NCBI GenBank assembly: GCA_963693365.1
Contig: CAVNZM010000001.1
Location: 1,146,062 to 1,210,061 of the forward strand
Direction of reading: 5' to 3'
Source of the DNA: Amoebidium appalachense
Lineage: Eukaryota; Protista; Ichthyosporea
Length of the DNA stretch: 64,000 nucleotides
Shown here: in pieces, positions 1 through 9,660 of the stretch
How positions within the stretch are numbered: the stretch's first letter is position 1
Layout: each line of letters begins with the position of its first letter
Position numbers and translations under genes: made by a program
Notes under the pieces: generated by a model
Told to the model about the DNA's origin: nothing
Databases searched by the model: none
The model's input: the letters and a program-made list of their open reading frames with translations, nothing else

Positions 1-839
1 CGGAACGATCGGAGTAGTGTACACAACAGACATCAATGTTTAGACACGACTGAACTGAATTTATTCTGATCTTCGAATAAATACCTGAAATTCCTCTAAG
101 TCCAATCCATACATGATTTCCGACCAGTCGGAAATCAGATCTATCTCTAATAGAAACCAATCACTAAGAACCAATTGCTTTCAGAGAGATCCGGTACGCG
201 GAGACGCACACGATAGGACACAGACACTAGTTAAGGTCAACTCGTGTCATCATCAAGGAAATTCTAACCTATGACATACTGCAAAGACTCAGACATATCA
301 CACTTAACCTTGATGATTGGTTAAAGCCCGGCAACACATGAAAACTAAAGTAAATTAATGAAGTCTAAACACACATGCTATTCTAAGTGTAGCCTAAGTG
401 TGTTACCGTCCAATGAACACGTATTAAGTAACACAAATCTACCTAACATATATTAGTAGAAAAGAAATACGATTATACACATGAAGACAAGGAGAGAAAG
501 AAAAGAAAATAAGGAAGGAGAAAGAGAAAGGAAAAGAGAGCACAGATCAACAAACAAGATAGTAATAGCATAACTATAACCAGAGATATTTATGTACACA
601 CGAACATGTACACGTCTCTCCCTGAGTGGGTGGATCCGTGTACACACATATAAATATTCTAATCGATATTACAATACACGATTAGAGCCGATACAACACG
701 ATTACAAGTATACAAGCATATCGGAGATCGATGCTACACTTTACATAATAGGAGTGTGGCATATACACTAAGCATATGAACTGAAACATAACACAAACTG
801 AGAAGATCTTACCATATGTAGATACTACGTATTACAACA
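1..839 (-). mobile_element. Copia-1 LTR type A, partial (runs off the window start)
   Basis: Near-identical reverse complement of the LTR at 14338-15263; ends ...TATTACAACA at 839. No PPT complement beside it, so it is a 5' or solo LTR. Confidence 0.92.
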
Positions 840-1094
840 CAAACAACACCGCTTGCACTGCACTATGGGTTTCAGTGCGGGCCAAACGTATCGTTTGCGG
901 TGAACACTGCCACAAAGAAGTGGTTAAACCGCTTGGGAGAATACGAGGCGTGTAGCTGCTGGGAGCATTTCATGCCCGACGTCCCAAAGATGATTCGTGC
1001 GTTTCACTCAGTTCAACAGCACAATTTGCCCGTTGCTTGTGGTGCATCCCCCCCCCCCCCCCCCCCTCCCCCCCCCCCCCCTTGTCCCGCCCGC

Positions 1095-1240
1095 ACCAGC
1101 GCAACCACCTAGTGATAGGGTATTACGGCATGAAAAGTTTACGTTTTGACCTATAGTGTACACGCTGTGCACCACCGCAACCACTTAGTCATACCGTATT
1201 ACGACATGAAAAGTTTAGGGGTCGACCCATAGTGTACACT
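1095..1240. repeat. Imperfect tandem duplication (~77 bp x2)
   Basis: CACC..CGCAACCAC.TAGT.ATA..GTATTACG.CATGAAAAGTTTA...GACC.ATAGTGTACAC occurs twice. Confidence 0.8.
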
Positions 1241-1620
1241 GTGCTTCAAGTTATATTCAGTTTTTGTTTTGTACACTGTGCGTGTATATGTGTCCTTGCA
1301 GGTCATTTACAGTCTCGACTTATGCGATGATGGTGTGTGATTGGTGAATCTTTGTGTTTTTGCGTGCAATGTTTCATAAGCAACCCCTCACCCTCACAAC
1401 ATAGATCCTCCTCCTGAGCCGGACTTCGGCAGCAACAGTTCGGAGAGCGACTATGCGCCCGGGGGAAGCGAGTCGGAGGAGTCGGAGGAGTCTGAGGAGA
1501 CGACCCCCAAGGGCGACAACAAGAAGTCCCGCCCCAAGAAGCAGGGCCCGCCGGCGGACGATGCGGTCCTCAGCGACCCCCTGAGGATGACCTATTACAG
1601 GGTCATCCACTCCGAAAGGT

Positions 1621-1841
1621 ATGTGTGTGTGTTTGTTATGTGAATCATGTTGTTGTTATGTATAATATGGTGTTGGTAATGTGTTTTGTGTTAACAATGT
1701 GTGTGTTTGTTATGTGAATCATGTTGTTGTTATGCCAATATGGTGTTGGTAATGTGTTTTGTGTTAACAATGTGTGTGTTTGTTATGTGAATCATGTTGT
1801 TGTTATGCCAATATGGTGTTGGTAATGTGTTTTGTGTTAAC
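1621..1841. repeat. Intronic minisatellite (~72-76 bp x3)
   Basis: ATGTGTGTGTTTGTTATGTGAATCATGTTGTTGTTATG..AATATGGTGTTGGTAATGTGTTTTGTGTTAACA repeated three times. Confidence 0.9.
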
Positions 1842-2097
1842 ACTGTATTAATCTGCCGGCATTTGGTATGGTATGGTTTGGTGAGGTAGTGCCCCCCTGT
1901 ATTGTCAAGTTGGGCTGTCCTTTTTGGCCTCATACACATACACACAGCTCTTGTTACTCTTCTGTCAAGGGATTAGCATATGTCTAGTTTAGTGAGGTTG
2001 GGAGCTTCTTAGAAATCCGTATATTAGTTCGCTTGTTTTGACTTTTGTTTATGTTCGCTTGCTGCTCTTTTATACTCCTTTTCTTTCCCCCTGCCCC

Positions 2098-2129
<32 letters not shown>

Positions 2130-2301
2130 AAAAAAACAAAACAAAAAAAACACACACACACACACACACACACCCACCCCACCACCTCTCACCACCAACA
2201 TTCACCCACATCAAACCCCCTAATGCGAAATCTAATAACAATATACCGAACCAGCATACATACATGCACGTGTGGATGGACACACGATCACAAAACATTT
2301 C

Positions 2302-3234
2302 TGTTAAATTGTATAAGTATTTTGGGATGAAAGCAGAGACACAGTGGTGCAGTGTGAAAACACCACAGACACACAACAACAAAACACGGAAGGATCGGAG
2401 AAGTGTACACAACAGACATCAATGTTTAGACACGACTGAACTCAATTTATTTTGATCGCTAATAAATACCTGAAATTCCCTTAAGTTAAATCCATACATG
2501 ATTTCCGACCAGTCGGAAATCAGATCTATGTCTAAAATAACCAATCACAATTAACTGATTATTTCCCGGATAGATCCGGAGACACAGGAACGCACACCAT
2601 AGGTCACAGCTATAAGAAAGAAAAGAGGTGAAGAGTAACGAGGAAAGAGGTGATGTTTCTAACCTATCATCGGCTACAAAGACTCAGACATTTTCTGACT
2701 AAGTCCACTGATTGGATATAGTACGGCAACACACAAAACAAAAGTGTTTGACTAAGCTATGAATCATACCTGACAAGCTAAAGTGTAGCCTAAGTGTTTT
2801 TCTACCAATCAAAACATAACGAGTAATATAAATCTACTCAACGTATATTAGTGAGAGAGAAATATAATTATGTGAAAGGAAACAAGAGAAGAAAGAAAGA
2901 GAAAAGAAAGAAGAAGAAAGAGGAAAAAGAAAAGAAAGCAGGACAGAAAACACGAACAGCAAAACACAGTTATAACCGAAGATATTCATGTACACATAAC
3001 ATGTACACGTTTCTCCCTCACTGGGTAGACTCGTGTACCTATAATCAGTTGCTGTAATCGATATCTAAACACACGAATATAGCCGACACAACACGATTAC
3101 AAGTACTCAAATACACTGGAGATCGATGTCATAATTTACGTACAAGGAGCACATCTTTTTCATTAAGTAAATGAATGAAAACATAACACGAACTGAGAAG
3201 ATCTTACAATATGTAAATACTACGTATTATAACA
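2302..3234 (-). mobile_element. Solo LTR, Copia-1 type B
   Basis: TG...CA termini; 5-bp TSD ATTTC at 2297-2301 and 3235-3239; matches LTRs at 28797 and 39110. Confidence 0.96.
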
Positions 3235-3600
3235 ATTTCTGGAAACAAAATGTAACCATTAAAACCATGAATTTACCACAGATTCGAGTTTCTGCCTGCC
3301 GACAAGCGGTTCTCAACCATGAAGGGTATCCCCGACGAGGAGATGCGCCTGGCCCTCAAGGCCCGCGGCATCGTCATCGACGAGGCCGGCAACCGCAAGA
3401 CTGGTGCAAGCGGTGGGAAGGCCAGCACCGGCTCGGCCAAGCGCGGGGGGGCAACGTCAGACGACGACGACCCCGACAAGCTCTCACCGGTCCAAACCGT
3501 CGACAAACTGGTATGTAAATTGTTGTAACACAAGAGTTTACTTACTGAGAATTTGTTGAAGCCTTGTGGTTCATAAAAGTCAACATACATCATGCCGACC

Positions 3601-3817
3601 TCTTAGGAATCCTCGTAATGTCCGTGCGGTCCCTCCAACAGATCCTTATATGATATCATCTCGAGTATTTTCTGACATTCCATGAATGTCTTAATTGGGT
3701 TGACGACATCTTATGAATCCTCGTAATATCTGTACGATCCCTCCAATAGATCCTTATATGACATCGTCTCGAGTATTTTCTGACATTCCAATAATATCTT
3801 AACTGGGTCAGCGACAT
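3601..3817. repeat. Imperfect intronic tandem duplication (~108 bp x2)
   Basis: TCTTA.GAATCCTCGTAAT...CCCTCCAA.AGATCCTTATATGA...TCTCGAGTATTTTCTGACATTCCA...CGACAT occurs twice. Confidence 0.85.
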
Positions 3818-6378
3818 TAAATTCATCATATACATTAATCGTATAATATCGAAGGTGCCTTGTCTTGTTTTGTGTTAACACACCATCACCCCATGCATCC
3901 AAGGGGAAATTGTGTGTACCCTGTGTTGGATAGCGGCAGTAAGCACACAACATACGGTGTGCGACAAACTTACACCAATATGATTTGCCCTATGCAGTTC
4001 GAATTCACCGAGGGGCTGTCCAAGTCCCATCCCATCTTTCAAGTGATGGCGATGAAGTTCCCGTTCTCCAACGAGGGCCAGAGCAACATCCCCGTGTGCA
4101 ACGCGTTCCTGGAGTGCATCAACCTGACGAACCGGAGCTTGTACGCCACCCTGTCGGGGGAGGGTATCGAAGACTGGGTTCAGCTGCTGAGCAGGTGCGC
4201 CAGGGGCTCCCGGGCCCAGAAAGTTGTCTCCATCATCCGTGCAGGGCTCACCGCGTGCAATTCAGAGGTGAACCGGGGCATGCACACCGCCATGCGCAGC
4301 TACATTGTGCCAGGGACAAACCAAGATGTATGTGATGACTTTTTTCCCACACCGTCTGCATGTCGTGAATCTGCTTGGGTTTTGCTCATGGCTGAATCAT
4401 CTTGCAATTCATGATCGATATGTTGGCAGCTTGATGATTGTGTCTTCAAATGACAAAGGGTAACAATAAAGACAGGTTTTTTCATACGGGTTTGCATACA
4501 AACTGCAACAGATGCCGTGAGACTCACAACTAATCCCCCCCTCCCCCCCCCCCCCTCCCCCCCCCCACAAACACACAATACACATAACACACCTGCACAC
4601 ACAGGCACATTTACATGTAACACGCACACACACGCACACACACACTCTCACACACGATGCACATGTTACACAGCACTATAGTGGTTTTAATTTGCACTTC
4701 CACAAACACATATATGCATACATACACAGTTGTTCCAGGTTGCACCGGTCAACTCCGGAGACCCAGCCGAGTTGGCCGAGCAGATCAAGTTTCGCCGCAC
4801 GACTTGGGAGGGCTACATGGCGGTGCACCAGACCAACGGCCTGCCCTGCGGCCGCAAGTACAGCGTGGACCCCGTAACCGGCAACCCGTGGGGCAACTCG
4901 TCGCTCTACCGCATCATGTGCCTGGCCCCCATCAACGGGTCATTGATCAAGGAGCGCCTCGGCAAGTTCAAGACCCTCAACGTGGGTCCCCCCCCCCCCC
5001 CCCCTGAGAAACTCATTCTCTTCGGAGGTGTAGGTGCACCCCTAGTGATGGGATCTGGCTAACTGTTCCTTGCTTTGCATATTCTATGCCGAGAGATTTG
5101 TTTCTGTTTCTTTTTCCTTTTTTTTTCCCGTTGATTATTATTTTTTTTTCTTACCTTTTTTTTTTGTGCAAGTGGGTCCCCCCCCCCCCCCCCCCCCCCT
5201 CCTCCCCCAAAGAATGTACGCATCAATATGCAGACATGATTTAGCCACACCCAAACCTGACCCTCTGAAGGTGGGCGGCCCAGCAACTTCTTTACCACAT
5301 ATTGTTATAGAGTGTACCTTCAACCTTATGTTGGTGTAAATTCTCATCAACCATCCCCCCCTCCCCCCCCCCCCCCCCCCCCCCCCTTTCTCAACGTCTC
5401 CCACACCTCCCCTATTACACACACACCACTCCCCATTCACACACGCACACACACACGCACACACACATACACTTGCACACACACACTCACACACAGGAAT
5501 TCCAGAAGGAGTTGCCCGACTTGTTCAGCTTCATGCTGCACACGTTTGAGTGTGGGTTGTGTGACCCTGTCGCGCACAAGTCGGGCACCCACATCAAGTG
5601 GTCCGCTGAGGTGTACCACGCCGACCTGTTGTAATACGTAGTATTTACATATGGTAAGATCTTCTCAGTTTGTGTTATGTTTCAGTTCATATGCTTAGTG
5701 TAAATGCCACACTCCTATTATGTAAAGTGTAGCATCGATCTCCGATATGCTTGTATACTTGTAATCGTGTTGTATCGGCTTTAATCGTGTATTGTAATAT
5801 CGATTAGAATATTTATATGTGTGTACACGGATCCACCCACTCAGGGAGAGACGTGTACATGTTCGTGTGTACATAAATATCTCTGGTTATAGTTATGCTA
5901 TTACTATCTTGTTTGTTGATCTGTGCTCTCTTTTCCTTCCTCTTTCTCCTTCCTTATTTTCTTTTCTTTCTCTCCTTGTCTTCATGTGTATAATCGTATT
6001 TCTTTTCTACTAATATATGTTAGGTAGATTTGTGTTACTTAATACGTGTTCATTGGACGGTAACACACTTAGGCTACACTTAGAATAGCATGTGTGTTTA
6101 GACTTCATTAATTCACTTTAGTTTTCATGTGTTGCCGGGCTTTAACCAATCATCAAGGTTAAGTGTGATATGTCTGAGTCTTTGCAGTATGTCATAGGTT
6201 AGAACTTCCTTGATGATGACACGAGTTGATCTTAACTAGTGTCTGTGTCCTATCGTGTACGCCTCCGCGTACCGGATCTCTCTGAAAGCAATTGGTTCTT
6301 AGTGATTGGTTTCTATTAGAGATGGATCTGATTTCCGACTGGTCGGAAATCATGTATGGATTGGACTTAGAGGAATTT

Positions 6379-9083
6379 TATCCTTTTCCACTCTCCTATC
6401 CTTTTCCCACTCTCCTATCCTTTTCTCCACTCTCCTATCCTTTTCCACTCTCCTATCCTTTTCCTCCACTCTCCTATCCTTTTCCTCCACTCTCCTATCC
6501 TTTTCCCCACTCTCCTATCCTTTTCCTACCTAAGATCTCCCTTGATCTGCTCCCCCCTCCCCCTCCCACCTTTCGCCTCCGTCTATCCCAGCTTAAGTCA
6601 CAGTGGGGTAGAGTTGATGTATGTGTATGCTATGCTACGAAACACCCTATATATATGCGCCTATTAGAATCTGCACAAGCCAGGCCAGATTCACATCTCG
6701 TACTAGATACATGCACTAACTTTATTGTTGATGATTTGATAGATCTCGGTGATTATGCTGGCGGTGGTAGGAAGGAATATCCCGATGCTCTCTTGTTACC
6801 AAACACCACTCCCGCTAGACTAGGTGAACCCCTGTCTCAAAAGGAAAGCTTGCGCCGGCTTGCTAGTATGAATCGATTTGGCCCCCCTGCTCGTATTATT
6901 GGTGATACCACTGGAGACCCCCTCATAGACTCTGATAAGTATTTCTCGGAACTGTTTAAAGATAGGACCCCCGCTCAGAAACCTATTGTGTGGCCTGTAG
7001 ACCCATCTATCCCCATAGAATCGATCCTCCCCTTTTTCAGTCCCGATGCCATATGGTCTGTGATATCTAGTTATAGCTCTAGTAAGTCTTGTGGACCTGA
7101 TGGACTCCCTGCTGGGTTTCTTAAAATCCTTGTTCCCTCCTACCCACAAAAGGAAAGTGATCGTGCTATTAAACCTGATCTTACTATCATGTTAAGCTCT
7201 CTCTTTTCTTGGTGTGTTAAATGTGGACATGTCCCGTCATCTTGGTTAGATACCTTAGTGATCCCCATAGTTAAGAAGGACTCTGAGGGCCCCATATCAT
7301 CCTTTCGCCCCATTACACTAACCCAGGTTGTTCGTAGATTCTTTGAAGCTTGCTTACTTAGGTTATTTGCACATCACCCTAGGTTTCAATCTATTCTTCA
7401 CATACACCCATGCCAATCCGCTTTTCGTAAAAACAATTCATGTTATGTTCAAATAATGGCACTGCACGATTCTATGCAAGTTGGTGCACAATATGTTGGC
7501 TTTATTGATTGGAAAACTGCTTACGATTCTGTCTCCCCTGGTCTCCTATGGGAAAAGCTTGCTGCACGGGGTGTACCACACTGCATTGGTGTTCTGTTAG
7601 AAGCACTCTTGTCTCAAACCTATGGTAGAGCTGTGGTTAATGGGCATCTTTCATATGGTTTTGCTCGTACTAGAGGTCTCTTGCAGGGTTCATTGCTTAG
7701 CCCCTTTTTGTTTAACCTATTTATAGATGATTTGGCTGTCAAGATTTACGCCGAAAACGATGACCCTATTAATAACTTTCCGCCTGCACTTCTCTATGCT
7801 GATGATCTGTCCCTCCTTGCCCGTACCCCTAGACGCCTGCAAAGATTGTTCGATGTAGTGTCAGAGTGGTGCAAGGCAAACCTTATGATCCTTAACATAG
7901 ACAAATGTGGTGTTCTTGTACCTGATATAGCTAACAATTTACACACATTTACATTATCATCTAAACCTGTACCTATAGTTCCAGAATACAAATATCTTGG
8001 TGTTCCGGTTGATTCTGTTGGTGTTATGTTTCCCCATATGGTCGAAAAGAGGGTAGAGTTGGCTCGTAAGCGGTTAGCTCTCTTCTCGGCTAATATTTTT
8101 AAAGACACACCCCTCCATCCTTCTATTAGACTTACATTTATTCGCACTTTTGTCTTCCCGGCATGTGAATATGGTTTACCCCTTCTCGCCGCTTGGATCA
8201 AGAAAGAGAGAACTAGAGCGCTTAAACCCTTGGCAAATTTCCTTGAAGCAGAAGTTGCCTCCTTTCTATCTAACAACTGTTGTAAACCTGGGCCTGTAAC
8301 GCTCTCGATATATGGTCTGGTCCCAATAGCTGCTAGAGTATCCTATCTCGCGCTGAAATTCAATAAGCACATAAGCCGCTTAAAGAAGTATTTGCCCTCC
8401 CACCCTCTCTTCTCTATCCGACCTGTCCCCTCCTCACCTCTCCCCCTCTTTCCTCCCCTCTCTCTCCCCTTCTCCCCTGGGCACAAATACAAATAAACCC
8501 CGCAATAGTGTGTGTGTGACTTTGGACTGCCACTTACTTATTAAACATGTACACAATCACAAGATAATCACGCAATATAACAAATGGAAAAAGATACCAC
8601 ACGACACTAGACCCGATGAAAGCATACACCTTGAAAAACTAAGCCTTATGTCTCGTTTTATATATACTGACCGCCTCAACCATATTGCCAAATATGGCAC
8701 TCGCAAGTGTATAACACCTAAATACATATTACCTTCCTGTAGAACTGGTCTTTCTCTAGCTGATGGTATTATTGATCAATTACCACGCTTTTACTGTACA
8801 CGTGCTATACAGTGGAGATCTAATAAGTATAAGGTGGCATCATTTGCATGCCCAAACAACACACACACACACCAGTTTAACCGGTCATGTATCGCCAAAT
8901 GTAGTTTGATAGACCACATAATACCGCAACACACACACGTCACATTCACAACAGACACCCAGAAAGATAGCCTACCTGTAAATTACAACATCCTTGATTT
9001 TATACTAAACACGCGTAACTACGACCTGTTTATTAGATGTATTGATTGGCTTGAGAAACACATCACTACAAAATTATAGCGCA

Positions 9084-9150
<67 letters not shown>

Positions 9151-9182
9151 CCAGCTGATACCGAGTGTCCCGAGGGGAGCCC

Positions 9183-9218
<36 letters not shown>

Positions 9219-9413
9219 GGGGAACCCCAACTAATTGATTTCTCCTTGTAGTCTTTATGGTGTCTCGTAAAGAAAGTAAACCCTGATATATAGTCACCAC
9301 CCGACATCTATGTACGTGATCATGATATACCGCTGAGGGGATATTCCGAGCAAAACCCCCCCCCCCATACCTGAGACTGGTTCTCTTTGCCTCGAGTAAA
9401 CAGCGTAAACCCC
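6379..9413 (+). mobile_element. Non-LTR (LINE-type) retrotransposon, 5'-truncated copy 1
   Basis: Interrupts LTR-A with 10-bp TSD AGAGGAATTT (6369-6378, 9414-9423); RT motifs GPDG, FRPITL, DWKTAYDSV, QGSLLSP, YADD, YKYLG; (CA)n and poly(A) after the stop; near-identical to ~48884-51803. Confidence 0.95.
6508..9079 (+). pseudogene. LINE reverse transcriptase ORF, frameshifted near 8450
   Basis: Track ORFs 6292-8496 and 8510-9079 together match the continuous 807-aa ORF at 49032-51455. The break is in a pyrimidine low-complexity run and may be a sequencing error. Confidence 0.85.
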
Positions 9414-9597
9414 AGAGGAATTTCAGGTATTTATTCGAAGATCAGAATAAATTCAGTTCAGTCGTGTCTAAACATTGATGTCTGTTGTGTACACTGCTCC
9501 GATCGTTCCGTGTTTTGTTGTTGTGTGTGTCTGTGGTGTTTTCACACTGCACCACTGTGTCTCTGCTTTCATCCCAAAATACTTATAGAAATTAACA

Positions 9598-9622
9598 GGT
9601 TATGCAGCCCTTTTTGCACGCT
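9598..9622 (+). promoter_or_regulatory. Primer-binding site, half-tRNA-iMet (Hemivirus-like) type
   Basis: GGTTATGCAGCCC directly after the LTR's CA resembles the Drosophila copia/Ty5 PBS (GGTTATG(G/A)GCCC); followed by T5-GCACGCT. Confidence 0.85.
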
Positions 9623-9660
9623 CCCTACACACATCTAGAACTCGCGCTCGTTTTTCAATC

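Noticed and set aside
453-647. Recurrent small ORFs (MCTRIHPLRE..., MREKYNYVKG...)
   Set aside because: They recur only because they lie in repeated LTRs over a purine/pyrimidine tract, and there is no coding signature.
6292-6378. LTR-LINE fusion protein (734-aa ORF starting in the LTR)
   Set aside because: The start is a TTG and the N-terminus is LTR sequence plus the tandem array; a chance open frame is the simpler reading.
6379-6527. CRISPR-like array
   Set aside because: The repeats are adjacent with 0-3 nt linkers and no unique spacers; there are no cas genes and the context is eukaryotic.
9218-9413. snRNA, tRNA or HDV-like ribozyme in the LINE 3' extension
   Set aside because: By eye there is no match to U1/U2/U5/U6 or tRNA boxes and no consistent nested pseudoknot; not testable without a covariance-model search.
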